A stretch of 57,206 nucleotides of DNA, filler included, from Dugesia japonica (taxonomy: Eukaryota), in the NCBI GenBank assembly GCA_001938525.1. It is 4 parts of 4 records of this genome, joined end to end, with 100 filler letters (N's around TTAATTAATTAA, not from the genome) between each part and the next. Parts side by side here need not be neighbours in the genome. Positions count along the whole stretch, not along the records: positions 35,841 to 47,668 come from MQRL01574742.1; positions 47,769 to 57,206 come from MQRL01147409.1; 2 more parts are not named here. One strand, 5' to 3'. A program made the translations under genes and the position numbers. Below are positions 37,668-50,919 of this stretch, one piece after another (position 1 is the first letter of the stretch; each line of letters starts with the position of its first letter). Under the pieces are notes generated by a model. The model saw only the letters and a program-made list of their open reading frames with translations. It had not been told where the DNA came from and made no database searches.

Positions 37668-38336
37668 AATTAAATAAATGGTTACGAAAACTTAAAGATG
37701 AATAAAAAGTTGTGACATTTGCATTTGAAATACTATTTTTGAAATATCTGTAATTATCTCGTAATCAGTATTTTTATGATTTTGTTAAAATTTTCTTTGA
37801 AAGCATATTTGTGTAAATTATTATTATTATTTGATATTAATGTACTTTAGTGTTATCATTGGGTCATTATTAATTTGCTAATCATTACTTTCATAATACT
37901 GTTAATTTGAATTTTGTATTTTTTATGATGGATGTCTCTAAAGATGAAATCATTAATCATAATGTATCTACTCTACACAGTTCCCATTTTGGAACACTAT
38001 GAATTGGTTTTATGTCTTAAAATAATACTGATTTAATTCAAAATAATTTTACAGATGAAGATGAATAATGTAGATTTTGCACTATTAATTCGAGAAAATC
38101 TAAAATAAATTTAAAAATTAAGTGTGCTTATTTTTTAAATAAAGCGATTGGCTCAGATTATACCTGTAATATTCATTTCAAACTACAGTTTGGTATTAAT
38201 AAGAGAACAAAGAATTCAAAGAAACTGTAATAATCCAAAGCGAATACATTGAAATTGATTCTAACCTGGTATTTCAGAAATATTCCTTGAGCCAATTAAA
38301 TTATTAACTAAACATAGACTTTTAGATCGATTAATT

Positions 38337-41300
38337 TCACGATGTGTGATATGTTTTGATCCATAACTCCTTTTGTTTTTAGAGAATTGACTGATTTCTT
38401 CACACTCGGATGCATCATCCGTAACATCATCAGCGACATCATTTGTATTTTCGGTAGGCTTTGAATCGTATTTATTATAATCTTCATCTTCTAAATCAAA
38501 TATACCGTTTGTACTTTTTAATGTAATATATTAGAAAAGTTAATTTTGTAATTCATAATTAATAACTATTATTTGAAATACTACAAACATGATTTAAATC
38601 CCGGCTGGTCAAACTACAGCCTGGCTGAAAAATATTTAAATTTAAGAAATTTTGCCTAAAAAATTCTAAGTGCTTTTGGATCCATTTGTGATGTCTGATA
38701 GCAAATCTAGAAATAAATAAAAAAAATGACAGAAAAGTAAAATAAAAAAGTGAATTGATTAATTTTAGGACCATTTTAACAAGAATCAAAATATTTTTAG
38801 TGTTTATTTAAATTAGATTAATAATTAAAGAAACTTTTATTTAATTTTTAATTATTGATATTCTTGTTCGAATAATTCCTGATCTTTCTTTAAATCTATA
38901 GAAACAGGTGGTTCCAGAGAATTATTACTTAAATTTGATACACGTAAAGGCATAATATATCCCATATATACTGTGAGGATTGACAGCTCTTTCTCGATTC
39001 GGTGGATGGTAGTGCATGGCATTCTTAGTTGGTGGAGCGATTTGTCAGGTTAATTCAGATAACTAACGAGACTCTAACTCGTTAAATAGTGTATTTATTT
39101 TAATTCGTAAACAATCACTTCTTAGAAGAATAATAGCGTCTAGCTAAATGAAAAAGAGCAATAACAGGCCTATGATGCTCTTAGATGTCCAGGACCACAC
39201 GCGCGCTACAATGGCAGTTCCAACGAGTATACCTTAGTAGAAATAGTTGGGAAATCTTGTGAAACACATTCGTAATTGTAATTTTTTCACATGAACAAGA
39301 AATTCCCAGTAAGCGCAAGTCACTAGCTTGCGCTGATTACGTCCATGCCCTTTCTATACACACTCCGTCGTTACTACTGATTTATTGTGATTTTTCAAAT
39401 TAATTTACATTAAATTCAGATTTATCCAATGTATAAACTAATTCATATAATGTTTTTATTCAATCACTTATTACTAAATCTTAATTTTAAATTATGTGCA
39501 ATACGGTTACTGCAATTACATTTATTAATATTTGGTAATACATTATCAACTGCCAATAATAATCCATTATCCCTCTCTGATATTATGATTTGTCGATTAT
39601 TGTTAATATTGAAATTTTTATTTACATTATCTCAACAACCAGGTGCTAATGATATTAATAATATTCTTATATTCAGCTAAAAATCAGCGCCCGCTCTAGG
39701 AGTGAGCAACCCGGGCATTAGTCTGCGGCGTCAAAATTTGTGTGCAGCATTATAGCTGTAAGTGAGGAAAATATTGACATGGTTTGTCATTTTAGCGTAG
39801 TTGACGTTACCTTGTTTGATTTTCAAAATAATGATATTTTAAGTGTACAATAATACACATTTTAATAGCATATATTTACATATATTTCTTAATTAATTTC
39901 TACTGTTTTGTACTACTTTATTATCAATATGATGTCATACTACATGTTTATTTCTAAATATATGGTTTTATTAAAATTTAAATAAAATAATTTGATTTTT
40001 ACTGAAAATAAAAATTATGTGCCTTTATTTAAAAAATATATATATTCTTAAATGGTAGTAATTTGTCGTTTGTCTGAAGCGACGCAACGGCGCTGCCGTA
40101 ATAAATTAACAAGAATGCAAATAGAATTCTTTGTTTGATTACCAAACTATAAATAATATTATGAACTCATCATGTTCAGTTTTAATTTCAATAGCTTTAT
40201 ATGTTGTTATATATTTAACACTTGATCTATTTTAACGCATTACATTTTCTGTCTCGTGTTTTTATGTAATTGTTATCAATAACTTTTTATAAATATTATA
40301 ATGCTGTTTTATTTGTAAACTTTAATTGTGCCTAAATCTAAATTTTAAATTTTTTTAAAACTTAAAAATTATAAATATAATCAATAAATAAATTCGTTTT
40401 AAACAAAAAAAAATTATTTCAAAAGATTTTTCAACAAGCAAAGTTCAAAGTTGCTGTTCTTTTATTTTCAATATTTCGGTATGAAATTATTCTATACAGA
40501 GCAATGGTTTTATAAAAAAATAATTTTTAAGTTTTAAAAAAATTTAAAACGAAGTCTCGTTTTTATATTAGAAATAATGCACTTTTTTTGTTTAATAAAT
40601 CCAAATTAAAAAATTTAAGTACGATAATTTATTTAATCATCAATATTTTAATCATCATCTCTTGTAAAAGTCTTTGTCCTTTGAATCTAGAAACTCGACG
40701 AGTTCTTCCGCAACCTTATCATGTTGCTGAAATTTTTACTGAAAGGAAATGCTGGATCGCTGGAATAAGTGATATTTGGAATGTGTTGTCTGGAGAATAT
40801 GGAGAATGATGGAATACATCTCAGCAAAACTTACCTACTTTCCCTACTTCACTTTTGCCTTGTGATCTGACGTTATCTTAATGCAGGATAACACCTTTTA
40901 AATTAGCCAATGCAGGATGCTTGTGTTGGATAGCGTCTACTGTATGCTATAGATATCTTAAATAATTCTTTTGCCATATGTCTGCAATTCTATAGTGGAT
41001 GATTCCATGTACATTCCATTAAACTCTAAGCAATATCTTTTTTTCTTGTATGTTCGGTTTCAGAGTTGATTTCGAAGTTTGGTCGGGTGAAAGCTGTTGG
41101 TTTTCTTCGCTTATGATTGTCGTATTTGACTTATTATCAATGACAATCGGATTAAGAAAAGGGTTTTGTCGTGTTAAATAACAACGAATAGCAAACGGAT
41201 AATAGTTTTTATTCATTTCAGTCAATAGATGAGCTACACATTTTCATCTAAGGTTTATTTTTCCAATTGCTTTTAGATGATTAAATATTGTTGATGTGCT

Positions 41301-42242
41301 TTTAATTTTATACGATCTCATCCAGGGCCTTCTGAGGGTCTTACGCCACCAAATCACAAAAAACTTGATCGTCTATGGATAATGACCTTCCTGATCTTGA
41401 CTTATCCTACAGCTCAAAGTTTCACAATCTAAACTTCGCAAACCATCTTCTTACGTCCATTTTATCCAACACTGCTTTGTAAACCCCATTATTGTTGCTT
41501 GTGGCTTTTACACCTGATTTATTCTGCTTAAATTCGAAGAGCACTCAATTGCGCAAATGTTATACAGGTGGTTCGAAGATTGGCATTTTTTATTTATTAT
41601 TATGTTTATTATTTTATTTATTATTTTTTTATTATTTATTTTATTGTAGCATATGGCAATAAATAGAATTAACTTAATAACGACTGAATTATCATTGATG
41701 ATTAAATAAATTATTGTACCTAAAATTTTTAATTGGAATTTATTAAACAAATACGTACATTACTTTTTGGACGACCTAATATTTGAACTATTAAAATATT
41801 AATATTTAATATTAAATATTCTTAATTTTATAGGTTTCTATTATTTTATTTTTACTCTTTCTTATATTTACTTAAACTCATATTTTCAATTACTAAACAA
41901 TACCGCTTGCTGTGGATGTATCTTCATCTTCATAAGTATTGTCAATAGATTTCTGTTTCTTTTTTGCTGATCCCATGTGTTTGATTTTATAAAGTTTTCT
42001 TTTCAAATGATTCAATTCTTGACATAAGGCTCTGTTATCTGATTTGAGTTTACTTTCCAGGAGCAAGTACCATCTTTCATCGTTCCTTAATTCCTAGAAA
42101 CATAAAAAGTAATTTATGAATTCAATCTGGAATGAACATTTATTTTTACGGGAAAAAGTGAATTATTTTAATAAACATTACCAAGGCAATTGTTATAGCC
42201 ATCAATATTTCCATAAATTTATGAAAATCAAAAAACGCATAA
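38337..42242 (-). CDS. Partial spliced gene of unknown product; exons 42242-42182 and 42093-41904, then 38706-38666 and/or 38490-38337
   Basis: In-phase GT-AG splicing gives YAFFDFHKFMEILMAITIAL|ELRNDERWYLLLESKLKSDNRALCQELNHLKRKLYKIKHMGSAKKKQKSIDNTYEDEDTSTAS|DLLSDITNGSKST*, or alternatively |EDEDYNKYDSKPTENTNDVADDVTDDASECEEISQFSKKQKELWIKTYHTS*. 5' exons not located. Confidence 0.55.
38970..39382 (+). pseudogene. 18S rRNA gene fragment (3' portion), decayed
   Basis: Recognisable GGATTGACAG, TTCTTAGTTGGTGGAGCGATTTGTC, GCAATAACAGG, CACGCGCGCTACA and GATTACGTCC.TGCCCTTT, with substitutions and deletions at normally invariant positions. Confidence 0.95.
39420..39665 (-). mobile_element. Mutator/MULE transposase remnant
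   Basis: IIISERDNGLLLAVDNVLPNINKCNCSNRIAHNLKLRF matches the MULE pattern IISDRDKGLxxAVxxVxP...CxxH...N, with the key D and H decayed. Confidence 0.7.
39685..40095. mobile_element. Probable hAT MITE related to the element at 11520
   Basis: Ends CAGCGCCCGCTCTAGG / GCAACGGCGCTG. The right end reversed (CAGCGCCGTTGC) resembles CAGAGCCGTTGC at 11520. No TSD. Confidence 0.55.
40568..41779 (-). mobile_element. mariner element, near full length, pseudogenised
   Basis: TA-flanked TIRs of about 80 bp (TTTGTTTAATAAAT.C.AATTAAAAA...ATTTAATCATCAAT). HLRN*VLFEFK, VRRWFAKFR...KSRSGR, WNVHGIIHY, HSPYSPD. Confidence 0.9.
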
Positions 42243-44019
42243 CTAGAATTATAGTCATAAAAATTATTTAATCTAAATAATTGTATTAGAAAAACATTGT
42301 ATTTCTACACTGTTTACTCATATTGTATTTGATACATTGTTATTGTAATCTCTCCGCAATGAAAGAATGTTGTAAATCAATAAAATTTGAAGAAATTTTG
42401 TTGAAGCCAATAAAACTACTTTCCACATTNNNNNNNNNNNNNNNNNNNNNNNNNNNNNNNNNNNNNNNNNNNNNNNNNNNNNNNNNNNNNNNNNNNNNNN
42501 NNNNNNNNNNNNNNNNNNNNNNNNNNNNNNNNNNNNNNNNNNNNNNNNNNNNNNNNNNNNNCGCCAATTTATGATAGATCAAACCTCAGACCACATATTT
42601 ATAACGTTAATAAATACAAAATACTTACAGTTTGATGGCATTAAAACATCATTTAATAGTGATATTGATTTTAAAGAAACAAATAACAAAAATATAATAA
42701 CTCAAGAACAACTTTGAAAGACTTGAAAATACTCTGTTCGTACATTTATAATTTGCGCCGTCGATTTACACAACCAAAAAATTGGAATTCTACTACAGTT
42801 AATGAGATTAAAAATAAAAGGAGTTAACAACGTAGCATAATACGCAGCGTCGCATCTTAAAAATATCAAATTCAATACGGCCTTAATGATTCAGAAAATC
42901 ATTGGTACCCTTTATAAGGAGGGGAAATGTATTATTATTTTTTAAAATTTAATTAAAACTATTTACCAATAACATATGGTTAAAATAATTTCAATTAGTG
43001 AAACTATTGGTTTATGTTATATGTTTATATAAATCCATGGATTTTGTTGAATAAATAATGTGCAAAACTAGTCGTGTTATTATGGAAAATTATTTGTCTT
43101 CGAAAGATTTCCGTAACAATTTTCTTATTTTTGAAAAGTATGCTTGACTAGACTAATTTTGTTGAAAAAGGAATTGATTTTCAACCTGACCTCTGACTAG
43201 ATGAGAAGTGATTGTTTTTTCAAATTTGTGAATTTGAAATTTGTGGATACATGGAATTCGAAATAACTTAATTTCATTGAAAATAAATCTGTGGAAAGTG
43301 AAAAAGAATGCTATTCTATTAGACATATCAACTATAACCAGTTATATCAAGCAATAAATATCAATTCGATCAATAATGTTTTTTAAAATGTTTTAAAAAA
43401 TGATGTAAAAACATTTCGTTTATTTTATTTCCATAATAAGCACTTGTCTACAATATTTCCAAATTGTCGTTCTTTTAATTGAAATAATTGACAAACAAGC
43501 ACAACCTAATTGAAATTGTAAATGAAAATGATAAACAATTATTACAAAGACAAACAAGATAACAATCAATTTCTGATTTAATTGAATTATTCTTGATTAT
43601 TTATAGTCACTGGTTACCGTTGTGCACATGTACAACAGGATATCACAACTTCATTTTAATAAATAGACATTTCATATTCTAATAGAAAAATTTGACTATT
43701 GAATTTCGACAAACATTTCTAAGTTGTCAATTAAAAAGAAGCGGTAAATAGCCTGTAGTAAGAGATTTTTGCTATTTAGTATTTATCTCTTAGTAAATCT
43801 AACGGGTTTTGCCATATAATTTGGCACACTATTTAATATTCAAATCATTTTTCATATCCATTTTAGAAACATATATATTTGCTTTTTTTAGAAATACCCT
43901 AAAGTAAAACTCAGTAACCACTGATTTCATTCAGAATTCGACTTGAAGAAGAGAATTATTTGAAAAGAAAAATAATTAAAATACTATTAAATATATTGAT
44001 TAATTGTTGAAATGAAACT

Positions 44020-44640
44020 CTAAAAATTTCACGAATAGTGACTTCATTCTATCTTGTTGACGTTACTAATAATACATATCTTGTACATTGGTCAATCATT
44101 CCCATGATATATGTCTTTATACCTTTCGTTTCTCTGAACGATCTATATCTATAAACATCACTTCAAAACGACTTGCTAGCTCAGAACTTTTGACTTCCTC
44201 TTTCATTGTATGAGTTGGTGATTTAACCTTTTGACATACTTCGAAGCTCTTCCCAATCTCCCGAATAAAACTTATTAAATGAATTTCCTCATATGTATTT
44301 TTCATGTACTCTAGAGTTCTCTTTATCCCCACGTGACTCTCTAATCCATTAATCTCTCTAATCTTCTATTTCATTTGATCTTTTGGAATTTATTTTTCCT
44401 TAACTGTCTCTATTCCTTTGTCCCAAATCTATTCATTCAAGTTCTCTTTCACCGCAATTGCATTTATAGTCCTCGTGCTAATTTTTCATTCATTACATCC
44501 TCGTGTATCGTCTGGCATTCCAGACTGATTTCACATTTCAAAATACTTAACATATCCGCATTACTATGTAATGCATCCTTCCTTTATTTCAAATCTATAA
44601 CCAGGCTACTTGAACTGATGAAAATTTGTATTTTTCAGTT
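44020..44640 (-). mobile_element. Gypsy integrase N-terminal remnant, related to the 18.5-kb family
   Basis: HVGIKRTLEYMK...EVCQKVKSPTHTMKEEVKSSELASRFEVMFIDI...MGMIDQCTRYV. Confidence 0.85.
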
Positions 44641-47117
44641 NNNNNNNNNNNNNNNNNNNNNNNNNNNNNNNNNNNNNNNNNNNNNNNNNNNNNNNNNNNN
44701 NNNNNNNNNNNNNNNNNNNNNNNNNNNNNNNNNNNNNNNNNNNNNNNNNNNNNNNNNNNNNNNNNNNNNNNNNNNNNNNNNNNNNNNNNNNNNNNNNNNN
44801 NNNNNNNNNNNNNNNNNNACACTCTTTTTTAAAAAAATTCAAATATTCAAACAAACATATTTAAAATTACATGATTTTCAAAATACTACAAATAATGTTC
44901 TAATACTCCAAAAAAAACTACACACTGAAAACCTTTCGTAAAACTATTTCTTTTTCAGCTCTAACTGCTCTGTGCGCAGAAACTAACATTTTTGTCATCA
45001 GCTTTTTTTTAGAAAATTCCTTATTCATAAATAATCATAAATAATCACTAAACCATCGACTTTCTTAAAATATCCATCAGTGCCTTACAGAAACAGAATA
45101 AAACGTTCCTTCCTTGGGCTTGATTATCCTGATTTATTTCAATGGAGAAGTGTTAGAAAACGAAGCGAGTACATTATCACTTGATACACACACTAAGCAC
45201 ACTCAGTGTGAGTCTTTCGCGTATATTTTACTTNAAAAAGAATTATTGTGACCCAATCTCATGAACCACTCAAAATTGCTAAATTACTATTTGTGGTTCA
45301 CCCGGATCACATTACTAGTCTATGATCTAAAATATATTGAATTTTCTTTATTTTCTTAATATTCAATGGCTTGACCAAATGCTGAATAATTAAGTTGATA
45401 AAATAATTATGAATATAATTGGAATGCGTTGAAAGTTTTTAAATTACAAGGTCATTTATTCATATGAATACTTTTATTCATTATACACTCAAACTTATAT
45501 TTNNNNNNNNNNNNNNNNNNNNNNNNNNNNNNNNNNNNNNNNNNNNNNNNNNAAAAAAATAAAGCCGCTAATATTGAATTTTTACAACAAAAACATGTAT
45601 ATTCTTTAAAGTAAGACGCTTATTAGTATTTAACATACATTATTAATGTCAATATAGCAAGATAGGTATCTATTGATTTTTAAATATAGATTTTTAATAA
45701 TAGTTTTTGATAAAATAAAAAAGGATGAGTTAAACAATAGCAAAAAAATTTGAGTAAAATGTCTTAGTGACACGAAAACAAATTAAATTGAAATTTACCG
45801 TTATTTTTATTAAAAAATATGTAATAAAGTTTGGGATCAAATTATAAAAATTTATGAAAGTGTAACAGTAAAAACGAAAATGCACCTTGGAAAAATTGTA
45901 AACTTACATCATTTTTAAATAAAATAAATTTTTATCATAAGAAATAAAAAAAACTTTTCAAATACTTGACAAAAAGTTTTGATGTTCGCATAAAAATCCA
46001 GAAAATATTATTCAATGATATACCGAAAATAATTTTTTTTCGGTTTTCCAAGAAAATAAAAAAAAATTTTGGATATTTTTTCAAACAGTTTTGAAATTAT
46101 GGATTTAGTTGAAACGATTAATTTTAGAGTATATTTTTAAAAAATGAAACAATTTTGTAGAAATTATCGAATCTTTTAAATGAAAATTATAAATAAGGAA
46201 ATTCGTAAGCAGATTTCTATGATACAAATCGATTAAATAATGTTGTATTTTGCGAACATATGTTGGATTTTTTGTATCTATTTTCTCTGTACATAACAAA
46301 ACTCTGATAAAGTCTTTACATTCCCAATAAAATTTTACTTTTATAAAGCAAACACGTTTTGTACTGAATTACATTTACTTATAATAAATTACGCTTAATT
46401 CTACATTGTATGTTCTACGGTTTCATAAGGGTAACAATGCTACAGTATATAATAAATGTTTACACTAAAATATTTTTAATATGAAATCAATTGGATATGC
46501 TGAGAATCTGGAATGTGGAACCTCTAACACTAACTATCGGACACTAACCTATCCAATCGTGTAATCATTTGCACTACATTATTACTACAANNNNNNNNNN
46601 NNNNNNNNNNNNNNNNNNNNNNNNNNNNNNNNNNNNNNNNNNNNNNNNNNNNNNNNNNNNNNNNNNNNNNNNNNNNNNNNGTCTGGTGTTTATAAAAAAA
46701 ATATTGATGTGTGTTTTGTAAAACATTTAGGAACATGTACACTATGAAGTTCTAAGACTAGAAAAACTGTCACATTTCAGCTATACTATGGACAATTGCC
46801 AAGATTGTACAAAAAACAATCTTTTTATTCAATCAGAACGGTGTTGTTTATTCTCATGATTACTAATTATTCCTTCTATTCAAGTTGTTTTATCCTACAA
46901 ACTCTTGTTTATAAACAGTGCAATATTTACAGTTTTCACAAAGTCATTTTGTTAATTAGCAAAAATAATACAATTTCATTATTTAGTAAATTAATAAAAA
47001 NAAAAAAACAAGCATTATATGAGTTAAGCTACAAGGTTCTTGTGTACCCAGCTTATTTGACATGATATTTTTATATTATTAAATAAATGAATTTATTTCC
47101 ACCTAAAAAATTATTTC

Positions 47118-47668
47118 TGTAACAATCCTATACTTAGAACGTTTCAATTAAGTCTTTGATAAATTTTCTTATTTAGTTTTTAATCCTTAAAGAACTTCAT
47201 CTGTATGTGTAGTAAATGTCGAATGACACAATTGAAATCAAAAGAATCCAAGTAATTTGAAAAGTATATATTTCAATAAAATATATGATATAAACAAAAT
47301 TAATTATATAAGTAATAATTATGTATTTAATTAATAAATTTTTGCGTGTAATACTACATCACTCCTCCCGTCAGATAAAGAAGCGTTTAATATATAGGCT
47401 GAACGAATATTGTCTAGGGAAATTCGCTATGCTTGTCCTCGTAACATTACTTCAATAACTTTGCCATCTTCAATTCTCTAAATTATTAGATATGGACCTT
47501 CATAAACTGGCTCCAGTGGTGTTCTTAATTCGCGTTTGATCCATACAAATTAGCATTTATTAATTCCTTGTAGCATAAATGTTTTCCTGACTCCATGTGA
47601 TCTGAGACAGCTGTTTCGAAATTCTGTTGGAACCATTGTTTGTCCATCAGAGCATGATGGTAGAACAA
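47118..47668 (-). mobile_element. Gypsy 3' end: integrase GPY/F region, PPT and probable 3' LTR (47118-47358)
   Basis: VWIKRELRTPLEPVYEGPYLII...ISLDNIRSAY. PPT GACGGGAGGAGTGA precedes TGTAG. LTR bounded by TGTA...TACA. Confidence 0.8.
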
Positions 47669-47768
47669 NNNNNNNNNNNNNNNNNNNNNNNNNNNNNNNN
47701 NNNNNNNNNNNNTTAATTAATTAANNNNNNNNNNNNNNNNNNNNNNNNNNNNNNNNNNNNNNNNNNNN
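47669..47768. other. Artificial contig spacer N44-TTAATTAATTAA-N44
   Basis: Same 100-bp construct as at 12546. Confidence 0.95.
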
Positions 47769-48109
47769 AATTTGAACTTTTTTTACAAATAAATTTTGTT
47801 TTGTTTTGATCGAAGCCTTATCTTATTTTAATGAAATTATATAATTATCTATATCATTTCTTGAATGAAGGATTTTTATACTGTAAAGTCTATACAAATT
47901 ATGTTCAGTTTTGTATTCTGAATTTAACGATACTAAATCTGTTTGCTTATCATAAATATTTTCAGAGTAAATAATTTCTTTTATTTAAGGTGAGGCATGG
48001 TACCCTGTAATTTTTTATCTTTTAAACCAAACATATTTACACAACAAATCCTATACAAATATGTTTAGAATTTTATTCTAAATCAAATATTACTATTTGT
48101 GAAGCAATA

Positions 48110-48484
48110 ATATACGTTTTGACCGAGAAATTTAAAAAACAAGTGTTCCCGTGCTGCACTACCTTTATCTTGGAAACTAAAAACATTTATATAGTAAAAC
48201 GTATACAAAAGATGTTTAGTTTTTAATTCTATGGCCATCAATGCCAAATTCGAAACAGTACAATTAAATTTGACCGAAAAAATTAAAAAACAAATTTTCG
48301 ATATTCAACCTTCTCGAGCAAATATTCGACCGTTCCATCAAAAAATCGAAAGATTTTTCATGTATTCGTAACGTCCAATCAAACTCCTACTTGTCAAAAA
48401 CAGCAAAAATTGTGAAGAACAGTCGACGGGGGTGGGGAGCGGGGGGCAAGGGGGTCGATGCCAGTGCGCTCATATCTATCTACT
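48110..48484 (+). mobile_element. Putative Polinton-like right terminus with a G-rich subterminal tract
   Basis: Ends AGTGCGCTcatATCTATCTACT, matching AGTGCGCTaggATCTACCTACT at 53964-53985. Confidence 0.5.
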
Positions 48485-48819
48485 TAGAGGTCCCTAAAAT
48501 GTTTCGAAAAAGTTACCAGAGATTTGATAATTATTTTATATATTTACTTTGTTCCTGAAAACCATGAAAATCATGCAATAAAGACAATGAACTCAATAAA
48601 ACAATTAACAGCATACATTCAATAATTAAATCACATAAACGCAAATAATTCAAAGAAATCTATGCATGTAATCAGTATATTTATATAGCTATTAATACGT
48701 CTAATCTATAAAATTTACATATCATTTTATTATTAAAATAAACAAAGTTCATACAAAGTTTCGTAGATTTACATATAAATTTCATTAAAAATATTACACA
48801 AACTTCATTAGGTTTTCTA

Positions 48820-49895
48820 TATGGTTTTATAAAATAATTATTGTGTTTTCATTGGGTGATTATATGGTAATTATATGGTTTCTTTAAACGATTTATATGG
48901 TTATTATAGGGTTTTATATGAGCCTTTTAATCAAATATTTCGAAATTATATAGATGTCTTTGTTATATTTTTGAGCCTAACATACATGTCAACAGAGTCT
49001 AACAAAAAACCCAATAGAGCTTCATACACAGTAAACTAATGAATATTATACACACAATGCACTCAAACATTAAAGCTTATGGAGCCATATAATACATACA
49101 AAAAACCTAATAGAGTTATATAATACACATGATAAACCTAATAAATTCGTATAATACATATAGTAAATGCAATATAGTCATATAATAAACAAAATTAACT
49201 AATAGAATCATTAAATGCACACAAAGAACTCAATTGAACTAATTAAAGTCACATAATAACCTCCATACTTTCAGTTAAATATGTACAATAAACCTAATAT
49301 AGACATATAATACACATAATTTAGCTTATAAATTCATATAGTACATATACTAAACTCAAGATAGTAATATTATATATTTTTATACAAATACCCCAATAAA
49401 GTCCCTTAAATACACACAAAAAACTTAACATAGTCTTATACACAGTAAAATAATTGGTCTTATACTCACTAAAACCAAATATGTTTTATATACACAAAAC
49501 CTAGTGGACTTTATACACATAATAAACCTAATAAGTATAATACACACTATAAACCATATAGATTTATAAAGTACACACACTAAGCTCAATAGAGTTTCTT
49601 AATTTCATATAATAATTTTTATAATAACTACATAATAAACTCAATAAAGTCACATAATACACACAATTAACTCAATATAGTCATATGATACATACAAAAA
49701 CCTAATAATTTCATATAATATACTCACAATAAACCTAATAACATTAAATACATACAAATACATCAATTAAACTAGTTAAAAGATACAAATAAACCCTATA
49801 GATACAGTTAAATACATACAATAAACTCTATACATATATGTAAATACATACAATAAACTAAATAGAGTCACATAATACACATTACACAATAAATA
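48820..49895. repeat. Degenerate A/C-rich minisatellite of about 31 bp with an inverted leading block
   Basis: Consensus AATAAACCTAATAGAGTCATATAATACACAC over about 48990-49895. 48820-48925 has opposite-strand-like ATATGGTTT units. Confidence 0.8.
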
Positions 49896-50079
49896 TACTC
49901 ATCTATTTAAAATAATAATATTAAAGGTTCCCGGGGGGATATTAAACCTTTACACATATTAATCCACATATGCATCATAAATAAATGTTAAGCAATAAAA
50001 ATTTAAGATAAACAAAAGACTAATAGAAACTTAACAAGTGATTAGTAATACATTTGTATAATATTATACACTATATTAT

Positions 50080-50435
50080 TGAAAATATAACTTCATCAGA
50101 TCAAGGTAATAATAACAAATATTAATCTAAATAGTTATTTTATAGTAGATGATTTTCAAGAAAAGTATGTAGAGATAGATGAAATAGATGCATCAACAGA
50201 GGAAGAGATGAACGATACTCAACTAAATGATGATATTCTTACCGCGAAAATGATTGATTCACAGGCAAATGATGTCATTATTGATGAGGAAATAATTAAT
50301 ATGCCTCCAAATGATGATATTTATGATGAAGTAATACCTGAAACAAATACAAATAAGAATATGAATGGTGAGGAAATTACTGATTAACAGTTCGATGAGA
50401 AAATAAATGATAAAGTAATGACTGATATTGATTGA
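50080..50435 (+). pseudogene. Acidic low-complexity spliced ORF remnant
   Basis: GT-AG intron 50106-50145, then VDDFQEKYVEIDEIDASTEEEMND...GEEITD*QFDEK with an internal stop. Confidence 0.35.
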
Positions 50436-50919
50436 ATTTTCTATTGTCTAATAAAGAACATGTATGTGATTTAAATAAAATTTCACATTATTGTCTTTTG
50501 TGTGTTATCTTACATAGATATTTTAACTGTATTAATTAGATTTCGTTCAAATACTTCCAAAATTACATAGAAGTCATTGCAAATTTTAATAAATTATATA
50601 GAAGTCCACCAAAAAATAGTTTCTTTCTTCAACTTTGTATTTTTAGAGTCTAAATTGTATCGAAACAATAAACCTTTTGATGCTACTCATAGCAGTAAGG
50701 GAAGAAAATTCGATGACCTTGGAAAACAATTTTAAAAAAAGTAAAAGAAATTTTTAAATCCTACAAAAATCACCCAGTAATTAAAACAAAAACAAAAAAC
50801 TACTTTATTTTGACTAGGGTTAAGACATATTATAAGGTACAGGAATATATTTGGAACGTACATGCAGGAAATAACATGCTAAATAATAAAAATAATATAA
50901 GCTACTATAATAATATAAT

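Noticed and set aside
38970-39382. Functional rRNA gene
   Set aside because: Only about 410 bp, with lesions at universally conserved positions and no flanking rDNA.
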